Assembly: GCF_016097555.1 (NCBI RefSeq)
Contig: NW_024532772.1
Location: 3,754 to 67,753 of the forward strand
Source of the DNA: Gigantopelta aegis
Taxonomy: Eukaryota
DNA: 64,000 bases
Reading direction: 5' to 3'
The translations under genes and the position numbers were made by a program. Position 1 is the stretch's first letter; every line of letters starts with the position of its first letter. Shown piece by piece: positions 15,640-28,547 of this stretch. Under the pieces are notes generated by a model. That model did no database searches, had not been told where the DNA came from, and was given only the letters and a program-made list of their open reading frames with translations.

Positions 15640-16330
15640 TTGTTAATTATTTATAATATGGTGGTCATGGTAATTCTTCTGGTAAAATAATGATCTCTCT
15701 ATATTCATTAGTTTATTGTTAAGTATTCTAACTATATTCTCACTACAATACAGAGACAAAGATATAGTTAATAACTACTGTAATATACTAACTTGTCTGT
15801 GTCAGCATATTTTATGAGTGTATTATGAAGATTGGTAGCAGCTGTTCAACAAACCATGCAATTTGTAGCTTACATGAGTAAATTATATTATGGAATCCAA
15901 AATTCATGTGAATTACTCATGTACAAATAAGTTACTACATGTTATAGTCTATAGCAACCAGCTAATGATTCAGTGAGTAGTTTAAACAACTTTATACAAA
16001 GCTTGTGTTCCATAGCAATTAATCCAGTAATGTATTACAAATAGTTGGTGAAAATAACTTATTAATTCTTACAGGAGAGCCAGTTAAACATGAGTGAAGA
16101 AAATCTGTACAAAAATGACATTAGCAATTAATACACAAATTTTATTATCTCAATTTATGTCAAAACAGTGTCTTTATAATTATAATAGGTAGTAGTGTTT
16201 CTGTAAAGTTTAATGATTATTGACATCATTCTAAAGTTTCAGACACATAATCTCCTATTGGATGAGACTGACCATTAACAGTTACGCTAGCACACCATGA
16301 AGCAACTCCAGTTCATAAATTTTGAGCGTG
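15640..16330 (-). pseudogene. GCPII-like relic (3' exon and exon-1 fragments)
   Basis: 15660-15790 matches 9598-9750 and 28850-28990. 16230-16330 matches the exon-1 region 51470-51560. Confidence 0.6.
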
Positions 16331-16777
16331 TTATAATAATTTTGGACAATTATATTATAGAACTTGAAAGGCTTATCACATTCCTGTGGTTGGTAGCTCC
16401 CCCTTCTTGTTGTTGAAGGTAAGCAAGTAAACTACAACTGAATATCTCATACTACAATATCCTTTATGTCAGCTTTAAACAGTTTATGAACCAAAGCCAC
16501 AAGATCTGATTGACTATTTGGACTCTATACATACTAGCCTTTATAAACTGAACTCATTGGTAATAGTAATTATATACTGGATATATGTCTGTCAAAATAA
16601 GGTTGTAGACTAGTGGTCTATTTCCTATCAAGGACAGTTTTGACACAATCTAGGCGATGACAAAAGTGACTCAGCATTATCTTCTTCACAAAAATTTTAT
16701 TATTATCAAACTACTACTTTTTTGACAGAATTGCAAGAAACTAGATCTTATATCTAGAAACTATTATTACTTACATA

Positions 16778-17090
16778 ATGTCTGATAATATCAGTCCACC
16801 TACTGTTAAACTTTTATGTCGTGAACTGAAAGAAATATCTCAATGGGAAAAACTAGCAGTATATCTCAATTTACCTGATCATGGTTATCCAGGATGCCAA
16901 AGAATGTTACCCACATGGAGGTATTTGGGAACGCAAAAAAAGCATTGTCTAAAAAAAATGGCTAGATCAATCCAACACTACACATTCATGGGTGGTTATA
17001 GCTGATGCTGTAGAAGAAGTCAATGGTAGTCTTGCTGAGCATATCATTTCAAAAAAAGTATGCTAATATTCTAGATCAAGTGCCATCACA
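16778..17090 (+). other. Death-domain-like coding segment, type B
   Basis: Helix pattern LLCRELKEISQWEKLAVYLNLPDH...WLDQ.NT.HSW..IADAVE fits a six-helix DD signature (W..LA..L, I.D). Recognised by eye only. Confidence 0.5.
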
Positions 17091-17149
17091 AGTTGATGAA
17101 GTTGAACAAAGAGACATAACACAAGAAGTTGATGAAGTTGAACAAAGTT

Positions 17150-17440
17150 TCAAGATTCACAGTATCTGATAATATCAGTCCACCTTCTCTTGATGTACTG
17201 TGTGATGAACTGAGACAAGTAGTTGAATGGGATCAAGTAGCTGTGTCTCTCAAGTTGTCTTTTGTTGATATTGAAGATGTCAGAGGACGATTTTCAACAA
17301 TAAACCAGTGCAAAATGCATTCTTTACAAAATGGCTGGATCAAACCAATACTGTACATCATGGCATACTGTAGCTGATGCAGTAGAAAAAGTGAACCCTA
17401 GAGTTGCTGAGAATATCAGAATGAAGTATGCTACTATTAT
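17150..17440 (+). other. Death-domain-like coding segment, type A
   Basis: LCDELRQVVEWDQVAVSLKLSFVDIEDV...QNAFFTKWLDQTNTVHSWHTVADAVEKVNPRVAENIRMKYATIIDQV, reconstructed across one frameshift. Confidence 0.5.
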
Positions 17441-20400
17441 AGACCAAGTAACTTTAACTATACAACACGAAGGATGTCAAACAATATGATCAACGTCAAA
17501 CTGCCATGAAAAACCAATTGAAAATGAAATGCAACTTGAAAAAAACATAGTTGAGGAAATAATTAACTTAGAAGACAAATTTGCTATGCTTGTTTCAAAA
17601 ACACAGACAACTTTAGAAAGAAGGCCAGAAATTCTTTTACCGTTACTTCGATACTTGAAAAAACGTGGAGTACATGACAAAAACGTCACCAGATGAAGCC
17701 CAATGTATCACATATAGCAGAGTATTTGATATACTACACACACATTGGAATTATCTCAAATGCCGACTTCTAGAAAGAATAATTCATAACTTTCTTTCTA
17801 ACACTGAATTACCACTTGAAGTGCAGAAATATCAAGATGAAATGACAGCATTCAAAGAATCGACAAAAATGAAAGATCTTGCTGACGTTATAAAAGCAAA
17901 GCAAAGACACCAGATAAGGAGCAAGTAGTGTTGAAAGTGAAGGAAATGTGGCTAGATGTAACATTAGAGCATTTTGAGTTCTGGTAAAGCTGCTTTTCCA
18001 AGAATATGATGAGTCACTTCAAAATATTGTTGTCAGAAAAGGCAGTGTAAATGTTACCTGGAGTGTTTCTAAAAGATAGCTCTCCTCATAACAAGATCTA
18101 AATTTGACATTGAAGTATTAAAAGCAATTGGAGTCATCTCACTAACAGTAGTAACTATTGTAGTCTTTAACAATGAAGACTCACAAGATGACATGACTAT
18201 TGACTCAGGTCTGTTGGGAGCTGTTCAATCTGGTGGTCCTCTTTCTGCTATATCTCTTCTTCTTGAAGTAGGTGGTAATCCTAACCTACTAACACAGTCA
18301 GGTGAAAACAGTAATATCCTACTTTTATCTAAAATGAAAAAATGATAATGGTACCACTGTGTTACATGTTGGTAGTAAATATGGTCACTCTTCAGTTGTT
18401 TCTACCTACTTAATAATGGGATAGACCCAAACTTAGTTAAGAATAATGGTTGCACACCTCTTATGATAGCCAGTCAGGATGGCCATGATGATGTCATTCA
18501 ACTGTTACTAAAGTCAAATGTAGCAATAAATACCCAGAGCAAAAATGGAATAACAGCAAATTATATTGCAAGTCAGAATGGTTGCTTTTCTGTTTGTTTC
18601 TACCTTACTTAACAATGGGGCAGACCCTAACCTATGCAACAGTGATGGCTGGACACCTCTAATGGCAGCCAGTAAGAAGGTCATGATGATATTGTTGAAT
18701 TATTACTAAAGAGAAATGCCTTGTAAACACCAAAACAAAGAATGGAGCAACTGCAATTTATATAGCTAGCCAGAATGGTCACACTTCAGTTGTCTCTACT
18801 TTATTTAGGAATGGGGCAGATCCCCAATTTAGGTAGGAATGATGGGTTGGACACCTCTTGTATCAGCCAGTTTGAATGGTCATGGCGATGTCATTCCATT
18901 ATTACTGGATATGAATATTGCCATAAATATTCAAGGTAAAGGATGGGACATCAGCCATTGATCTTGCAAGCTTGAATGGTCATTTTATTTATTGTCTCTA
19001 ACTTACTTAACAATGGTGCAAACCCTAACGTTACTAGAAATGATGGTTGGACACCCTCTTATGGCAGGAAGTCAAAATGGCCATAGTGATATCGTTGAGT
19101 TATTACTAGAGAAGAATGTCCAATAAATACTCAAAACGTTGATGGAATAACAGCCATTTTCTACTGCCAGCCACTTGGCCATTCTTCTGTTGTTTTCTAC
19201 TACTTACTTAACATGGTGCAGACCCTAACCTAGCTGACAATGATGGCTGGACCACTCTCATGGTAGCCAGTCAGAATGGTCATTGTGATGTTGTTGAGTT
19301 ATTACTTGAAAATATGCTCAGATAAACACTAAAAACAAGCGAGGAGTGACAGCCATTTACATTGCTAGCAATAATGGTCACTCTTCTGTTGTCTCTACTA
19401 CCTATTTAGCAATGGGGCAGACCTAAGCTAGCTAGAAATAATGGTTGGACACCTCTTATGGCAGCTAGTAAGAATGGTCATGTTTGTGTTGTCTAGATGT
19501 TGATAGAGAAAAGATTCCCATAAATGCTCAAAACAAGCATGGAGCAACTGCTATTTATATTGCTAGTCAAAATGGTCACTCTCCATTGTTTCTCTTTTAC
19601 TTAGCTATTATGCAGACCTAATCTAGTCAATAATGATGGTTTTGGACACCTCTTATAGTAGCCAGTCAAAATGGTCATAGTGATGTTGTTGAATTATTAC
19701 TAGAGAAGAATGTTTCAATAAATGCTCAGAACAAAATTGGAAAAACAGCCATTCATATTGCCAGTCAAAGTGGCTACTCTTCCATTGTCTCAACATTACT
19801 CAACAAAGGAGCAGACCCTAATCTACCAGACAACAATGGTTGGACACCTCTTATGGCAGCCTGTTTGAATGGTTGTAGTGATGTCTTTCGATTATTACTG
19901 GAGGTAAATGTTCCAATAAATACTCAAGGTAAAGATGGAACAACAGCTATTGACCTTGCAAGCCTAAATGGTCACTCTTCTATGGTTGTCTGCCTTGCTT
20001 AGTAATGGTGCAGATCTTAACCTATCTAGAAATGATGGCTGGACACCTCTTATTGTAGCAGTCAGAATGGTCATGGTGATGTGTTTGAGTTATTACTAGA
20101 GAAGAATGTTTTGATAAATGCACAGAGCACAGATGGAATAACTGCCATTTCTATTGCTAGCCAGAATGGTCACTCTTCTGTCATTTTTACTTTACTTAAA
20201 AATGGCGCAGACCTAAAACTTAGCTGACAAATCTTGTTGGACACCTTTGATGGTAGCTAGTCAGAATGGTCATGATGATGTCGTGAAGCTATTACTAAAA
20301 CAAATTAATGTTTGCCATCAATACCCAAAACACAATGGAGCAACAGCTATTTATTTTGCTTGCAAGAACGGGCCATTTCTTCAGTTGTTTCCACATTACT

Positions 20401-21329
20401 TAACAATGGAGCAGACTCAAACATAGTCAAAAATAATGGCTTAACACCACTTATGGCAGCCAGCAAGAATGGTCATGTTGATGTCATTCAAGCGCTACTA
20501 CAGAGAAATGTACCAATAAATAGTCAAACTAATGATGGGAAAACAGCCATTTATCTTGCTAGTCAAAATGGTCATTCTTCTGTTGTTTCTACTTTACTTA
20601 CCGATGGGCAGACCCTAATGTAGCTAAGAATGATGGTTGGACACCTCTTATGATAGCCAGCACCAAAGGACATGGCAATGTTGTGAAAGAGATATTGAAG
20701 ACTCAAGCTAATATCAATCATCAAACTCCTACAGGTACTACAGCATTGCATCTTTCTAGTCAATATGGATATGAGGATATTGTTAAACAGCTATAGAAGG
20801 TGGTGCTAATCCACTTATAAGAGATATGTTGGGCTGGACACCTCTGATATAGCTCATCAAGAAGGTTGCCATAACATTGTATCACTACTTTTTGCTGGTT
20901 TCCGGCAAGACAATTATCAAGAGTCATTAGCAGGTTCTGTTGAGTCAGGTTATGTAACTGGTAGATTATCAACTAACCGTCATCATCAGCAGACTCTGAG
21001 TCATTGCAAATTAATGTAGGGAATTGAGAAACATTAACAAATGTCCAGAACACCTTCTCTACCTATCATTGAATTGACACAATAAGAAATTCTTAATTTT
21101 GTATAACCTATAATTTTTCTAAATATTTGCATTGTTGCTATGCTCTTGACATGTTGATGATTTTAATAATATTATATATTTATTGTTAGTGATATTGAAC
21201 ACTAATAGTTAGTTTGGTACAATACTTTCCCTACTTACAAAGCAATGACACTGATTTTCTGGCAAAATGCCTGGTTCATTACTGATGAAAGCAGATCATT
21301 ATATATAACATAATATAATATAATACATT

Positions 21330-21440
21330 AATACAGCTATGCCACTATAGGATCAACTGCTCCAAATGTCCATGCATGTATTATGATGAATATCTAATAT
21401 AACTAGTTTGATTTTATCTAACAAGTCTAGTCTACTAGGG
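21330..21440 (-). pseudogene. Isolated relic of the GCPII zinc-ligand exon ([14 protein letters not shown]...)
   Basis: ccactataggatcaactgctccaaatgtccatgcatg matches 30370-30420 and 50070-50110. Confidence 0.55.
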
Positions 21441-21909
21441 GATATATTTATAATGGTTGTGTATGAATAATATGGTTATGGCCACCAAAAACAACTCCTT
21501 CACGTGCAGCTACTCATATTCCAATTGAGTAGGCGTTAGGAATGTTTTTTTGATGTGGTTTCTTAGGAATGTGAAACTATGTCCAATGTGGGTGTGTATT
21601 AGTTATGCAAACAAAGGAAATGTAATAAGCCCCACCTCCTATTTTGTGCAAAGCGTCTTTTTATTCTGGTAAGCTCTTTAGCATTTCTCACACATTTTTA
21701 CTTATTTTTAACCTTTAACAGATTTGAGTAAGACTGTTGTTGTAAAGATCTGTTCTTCTCTATCTCTCTGAGCGACATTTTTCTCTACCACATGCTGCAT
21801 GCTGCACTATAAGACAAACTAAGCTTATTAGTAATAGAGAATCTGCTTGCTACTTCTGTCAATACTAATACTAGTTGTTTCATAATATTATCAATACTTG
21901 GAGGTATAT

Positions 21910-22120
21910 TTACTGTGACAGAGTAAGCCATTATTACCAATCTACTCTTGACTCAATTATCTCAATATCTATTGTGATATAGCGACTGTTAGAGTTCTTT
22001 CTTGTTTCAGTTCTCTTTTAAGTCATTTACCAATCTGCTCTTATCTCAATATATCTATTTTACGTGACACAGTGACTGTTAGTATTCTTACTACCAGTTT
22101 CACTCACTTACTTCATTATT
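21910..22120. repeat. Minisatellite-like array (~3 units) related to 11620-12440
   Basis: Repeated motif ctcaatatctattgtgatatagcgactgttag. Confidence 0.7.
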
Positions 22121-22394
22121 TACTAACTGTTTAATGTAACGTGATATAACTGTACATTGTTGAATTATAGCTACTAGCAACTTACTGTCTATTCATTAAT
22201 GACACTGAGAAAGATTCATCATTCATTTTATTGATCAGTAAGTGGATTTATCATTAGCATTACTATTAGAATATTAGTAAATTTGTATTTAATAATTTAG
22301 TGATTTTACAACTAACTACTATAAAAACTGATAAAATAGTTTTCCTTGAGTGTAGTTTATATTATTGTTTTATAATTCATTTACAGTTCATATA

Positions 22395-25300
22395 ATGTCT
22401 GATAATCTCAGTCCACCTACTCTTGATCTACTGTGTGATGCTAAGACAAGTAGTAGAATGGGATCAAGTAGCTGTAAGTCTCAAAGTATCTTATGTGGAT
22501 ATTAAAAGTATTGAGACACAATATTCTTGAATTAGCGCAGCGCAGAATACATTCTTTACAAAAATGGTTAGATCAAGCCAACACTGTACATTCATGGTGT
22601 ACTATAGCTGATGCAGTAGAAAAAGCAAATCCCTGCAGTTGCTGAGAACATTAGAACAAAGTACCTACTATTATAGATCTAGTACCATCCACTTCGCGAC
22701 ATGAAAAAATCTAAGCCTAAATGTAAAAAAAACAAACATAGTCCAACTAGTTACTTTATGAATAAGACAAACAAGTTATTACAACAAATCAAATGCCACA
22801 GCATAAGAAATGTAGTGTAAATGATGACCAACATCAAGCTATTATTGAAGAGCAGCAAATCATTCAGCTTCAAGTATCTTCAAATTCACAGCATAAAGAA
22901 TCTAGTGATACTCATCAATGAAATTATACAACCAGTACTAGTGATATCATTGAACAGCAAACAATTAATGGAGAGTGGAGTAAAGCTTGAAAGAAATATA
23001 GTCCAAGAAATCATGACTTTCTTGAGAGATTTGCAGCATTATTTTTCAGAAACTCAATCATTTTAGAAGAAAAACCAAAAATCCTTTTGCCTTTTTATCG
23101 ATACTTAAAGATTCTAATAGGTGAAGCATTACCAAGATGAATCTGGCATCACGTATGACAAACTATTTAATATGCTAGATAACTATTGGCATTACCTCAA
23201 TATCAACTTCTTCAAAGAATAATTAAACGATTTCTTTCCGACACTGAATTACCTCATGAAGTACAAGAATATCAAGATGATATAGTAGCATTTAAAAAAT
23301 CAACGAAAAAGAGAGATCTTGTAGATAATGTGAGATCAAAAAAGAGCACATCAGGTATGTACAAGTAGCATTGACAGTGGAGGAAGTATGGCTAGAGTCA
23401 CACTAGAGCATTTGAGTTTCTGGTAAAACTACTTTTTCAAGAATATGATAAATCACTTCAAGTTGTAGTTGTTCAAGAAGGTAGCTTGGTATATTGCTGG
23501 AGTCTTCTGAAGACCATAGCTTTCGCCTTCTTACAAATCCAAATTTGACCACAAAGTGCTAAAAGCAATTGGAGTCATCTCACTAACAGTAGGTACTGAT
23601 GTAGTCTTTAACAATGGAAGACTCACAAGACGATATGACATTTGACTCAGCTCTGTTGAGAGCTGTACAATCTGCATGGTCCCCTTTCTGCTATATCTCT
23701 ACTTCTTGAAGTAGGTGGTAATCCTAACCTACTAACACAGTCAGGAGAAACAGTGATATCTACTTTGTCTGCAATAAAAGATGATAATGGGACTACTGTG
23801 TTAATTATTGCTAGTAAATATGGTCACTCTTCTGTTGTCTCTACCTTACTTAGTAATAGGGGCAGATCCCAACATAGTTAACAATGATGGTTCCACACCT
23901 CTTATTGTAGCCAGTCAAAATGGTCAGCTGATATAATTAAGTTACTACTAGAGAAGAATGTTCCAGGTAAATATCCAAAACAAAGAAGGAGTAACAGCCG
24001 TTTGTATTGCTGGTCACCATGGTCACTCTTCTGTCGTCTCTAACTTACTAGCAATGGCAGATCCCAACATAGCTATGATGATGGCTGGACACCTCTTATG
24101 GCAGCCAGTGGAAATGGTCATGGTGATGTTGTTGAGTTATTATTAGAGAAGACTTCCAGTAAATACTAAAACAATTAATGAGTAAGAACAGACCATTTAT
24201 ATTGCTAGCCAGAATGGTTGTTCTTCTGTCATCGTCTTTCTTACTTAGCAATAGTGCAAATCCTAATATGCCTGACAATGATGGCTATACCCTCTTATGG
24301 TAGCCAGTGTAAATGGTCATGGTGATATTGTTGACATACTACTTAATAAAAGTGTTCCAGTAAATATCCAAAAACAATTATGGAACACAAGCTATTTATG
24401 TTGCTAGCCAGAATGGTTATACTTCTATTGTGTCTTCCTTACTCAACAATGGGGGCAGACCCTTATTTATCTGACAATGATGGTTGTACACCTCTTATGA
24501 TACTATTGAAAAAGGTCATAGTGATGTTCATTCAACCCCAATTTATTATTAAGCATAAGGTACCAATAAATACCAATCCAAAAGAGGGAACGAAACTGCA
24601 ATTTTTATTTTTGATTAGCAAGACTGGCCATTCTTCTGTTGTTTCTACCTTACTTAACAATGTGCAGATCCAAACATAGCTATGAATGATGGCTGGAGAC
24701 ACCCTCTTATGGCAGCCAGTGGGAGGTGTCATGGTGATGTTGTGTTAAGCTATTGCTAGAGAAGAATGCTCCAGTAAATAGCCCCAAACAAAAATGGAGG
24801 CTACAGCAATTTATATTGCTTGCTTGACTGGGCATCCATGTTGTTACTACTTTAATTAACAATGGGGCAGATCCTAACATACCCAAGATCAATGGTTGGA
24901 CACCTCTTATGATAGCCAGTCTAAATGGTTATGGTGATGTTGTTGACTTATTATTAGAGAAAAAAGTTCTAGTAAACACTCAAACCAAAAATGGTAGTAA
25001 CAGCCATTTGTATTGCTAGTCACATGGTCACTCTTCTGTTTGTCTCTATTTTACTGGCGCAGTAGGGCAGATCCTAACCTAGCTACAATGATGGACATGG
25101 ACACCACTAATGTCGCCAGTGTAAAATGGTCATGGTGATGTCATTGAGATACTACTTAATAAGAATGTTCCATTAATATCCAAGACAATATGGAAGAACA
25201 GCCATTTTTATTTGCTAGCAGAGTAGTCACTCTTCTGTCGTCTCTCTAACTTACTTAGCAATGGGCAGATCCAACATAGCTATGAATGATGGCTGACACC

Positions 25301-27768
25301 TCTTATGGCAGCCAGTGGAGGTGGTTTGGTGTGATGTTTGTTAAGCTATTACTAGAGAATAAATGTTCCAGTAAATACCCAAAACAAAAAATGGAGCTAC
25401 AGCAATTATATTGCTTGCTTGACTGGCACTCCACTGTTTTACTACTTTAATTAACATGGGGCAGATCCTAACATACCCAGGATCAATGGTGGACACCTCT
25501 TATGATAGCCATCAAAATGGTCATGGTGACAATCGTTGACTTATTATTAGAGAAGATGTTCCAGTAAACACTCAACCCAAAAGGGAGTAACAGCTATTTG
25601 TATTGCTTGCTTGATGGGCACTCCACTGTTGGTGCTACTACTTTAATTACAATGGGGGCAGATCCTAATTTACCTGACATGAAGGCTGGACACCCTCTTA
25701 TGGCAGCCAGTAAAAGCGGTATTGTGGGTTTTGGTAGTGATGTCATTGAGATACTACTAAGAATAATGTTCTGGTAAATACCCAAACCAAAAAGGGAGTA
25801 ACAGCCCTTTGTATCGCTAGTCACCATGGTCACTCTTCTGTTTGTCTCTATTTTACTAAGCAATGGGGCGATCCTACCTAGCTACAATGATGGCTATACA
25901 CCTCTTATGGCAGCCAGTGTAAATGGTCATGGCGATATTGTTGACATAGCTACTAATAAAAATGTTCTAGTAAATATCCAAAAACAATTATGGAACAACA
26001 GCGATATTTATGTTGCTAGCCAGATGGTTATTCTCTATTGTGTCTTCCTTACTTAACAATATGGGCAGACCCTAATGTTATCTGACATGATGGCTGTACA
26101 GCTCTTATGATAGCTATTGAAAAGGTCATAGTGATGTCATTCAATTATTATTAAAGCATAAGGTACCAATAAATACCCAATCCAAGATGGAGGAGAAACT
26201 GCAATTTTATTTTTTTAGCAAAACTGGTCATTCTTCTGTTGTTTCTACCTTACTTAACAATGGTGCAGATCCTAACATAGCTATGAACAATGGCTGGACA
26301 CTCTTATGATAGCTATTGAAAAAGATCATAGTAATGTCATTCAATTATTATTAAAGGCATAAGGTACCAATAAATACCCAATCCAAAGATGGAGAAACTG
26401 CAATTTATTTTTTTAGCAAACTGGTCACTCTTCTGTTGTTTCTACCTTACTTTAACAATGGTGCAGATCCTAACATAGCTATGAATGATGGCTGGACACC
26501 TCTTATGGCAGCCATTCAAATAGTCATAGTGATGTCATTGAGATCCTACTAGAGAAGAATGTTCTATTAAATACCCAAACAAAGAAGGAGTAACGCTATT
26601 TGTATTGCTAGCCACCATGTCACTTTTTTGTTGTTTCTACCTTACTTAGCAATGGGGCTGCCTCCCAACATAGCTGAAACGAAAGCTGGACAGCCTCCTT
26701 ATAGTAGCCAAGTCACTCTTCATAGGTCATACTGATGTCATTGAGATACTACTAGAGAGAATATTCAAGTAATACCCAACCAATAAGGAATAACGGCCAT
26801 TTGTATTGCTAGTCACCAGGGTGGTCATTCTTCTGTTTGTTTCTACCTTGCTTAGGCAATGATGCAGATCCCGAACCTACTAGCTGACAATGATGGTTGG
26901 ACACCTCTTATGAACAGCCGTAATAAATGGTCCTGTATGATGTCGTTGGATACTCTTAATAATAATGTGTTCTTGTAAACACTCAAACAATTATGGAAGA
27001 ACAGCTTTTATGTTGCTAGCCAGAGTGGTCACTCTTCTGTTGTTTCTTCCTTCTTAAGTAATGGGGCTGACCCTATTTACCTGACAATGATGGCTGGACA
27101 CCTCTTTATGGCAGCCAGTGGAGGTGGTCATGGTGATGTTGTTAAATTATTACTAGAGAACAATGTTCCAATAAAATACCCAAACAAAAATGGTGCTACA
27201 GCAATATTATGCTTTGCTTGACTGGGCACTCTTCTTGTCATTACGTACTTTAATTAACAATGGAGCAGATCCTAACATATCCAGGACAAAATGGTTGGAC
27301 ACCTCTTATGATAGCCTGTGGCCAAAGGACGATGACAATGTTATAAGAGGAGTATTAATGACCCGAATTAATATCAATCATCAAACGCCTCCTACTGGTA
27401 AACTACAGTCATTATATCTTTCTAGTCAATATGGATATGAGAATATTGTTAGAACGCTACTGAATGGTGGTGCTAATTCCACTTATAAGAAACATGTCAG
27501 GCATGACACCACTAGATAGAGCTATCAAAAAGGTCATCATAATATGTTATCACTAACTTCAAGAAACTAATACTGGTTTCCACGACGACATGATGCAAGG
27601 CATCATTAGTAGGTTCGTAGAGTCAGGCTACATACAACTGGTGGACTATCACTGATCACTCATCAGTAGTAGACTTCTGATGTTTGACCGATTCTGATCT
27701 AGAAGAAGACAATCCTCAACTCCTCCAATTTAAATTAGTAGGTAAGGTTTATGTAGTCAAGAACTTGT
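22395..27768 (+). pseudogene. Unit 5: DD-like exon (type A variant), middle region, ~36 heavily decayed ANK repeats, C-terminal tail
   Basis: ATGTCTGATAATCTCAGTCCACCTACTCTTGATCTACTGTGTGATG at 22395 is frameshifted. Middle ORFs at 22821 and 23186 (TELPHEVQEYQDDIVAFKKSTKKRDL). ANK relics at 23700-27300. C-terminus 27190 ORF (...LSSQYGYENIVRTLLNGGAN) and ...DLEEDNPQLLQFKLVGKVYVVKNL at 27700-27768. Confidence 0.7.
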
Positions 27769-28547
27769 GAGAGCCAATATCTAATAATGCATACACTAAA
27801 CTAATTGATTTAAACTAATACATTACTTAGTCATCTAATCACTTCACAGAAGGAAACTCTGATGTTGGCCAAGTGTCAAATATAAAGGAATACAATGATG
27901 ATACCCTCTCTTCTTACACTGAACCAAGCACACTAAGACAAGAGATATAATGTAGAAAAACAATAAAGTACTTATTTCCAGTTAATGCAATGTTAATAAG
28001 AATAGAATTTCAATTGAACTTCAATAACTGATGTTTCTAATTGAAAATTTCAAAAGCATTCTGTAAAATTAATGTGTATTGGTCAATTATTAGTTATAAA
28101 GCACATTACATGACTGTAATAGAAACAATGATCATTGTAATACAAAGAATTATCTAGAAGGATCTTGTAAATACTGAAAACCACATGATAGTTTAAATAA
28201 TTTAAATATTTATTTATATTTCATATATTTTAGGGACAAAATCACCTTACACATTACTGAAATATATCTTCAAAATGAACATAATTCATAAAACTTACTG
28301 ATTACTTTAATTATTAATGGTTTTAGTATGTTATTGTATCTTGTTAATTAATTATTTTGTATTAATTAAAATCCATATTTTATGAAACTACATTGCTTGA
28401 AATCCTAATACTAACAGTATATTATAACAGACTTTGTTTACAAATAATTATTTGTTTTAATTATTATAATATGATCTGTTGTGTTTAACTTTTTTGTATA
28501 ATTATAATTAACAATAAAGTTATAATACTTTCAAATGTAATTAATTA

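Larger units (their letters stand above)
16778..21017 (+). pseudogene. Unit 4: two tandem DD-like exons (B then A), middle region, ~24 ANK repeats, C-terminal tail. Moderately decayed
   Basis: ORFs 16778 (MSDNISPPTVKLLCRELKEISQWEKLAVYLNLP) and 17129 (SDNISPPSLDVLCDELRQVVEWDQVAVSLKLSFVDIEDV). Middle-region ORF at 17665. ANK units at 18300-20660, e.g. the 20312 ORF. C-terminus at 20660-21017 (NHQTPTGTTALHLSSQYGYEDIVKQL...DNYQESLAGSVESGYVTGRLS). Frameshifts occur throughout. Confidence 0.7.
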
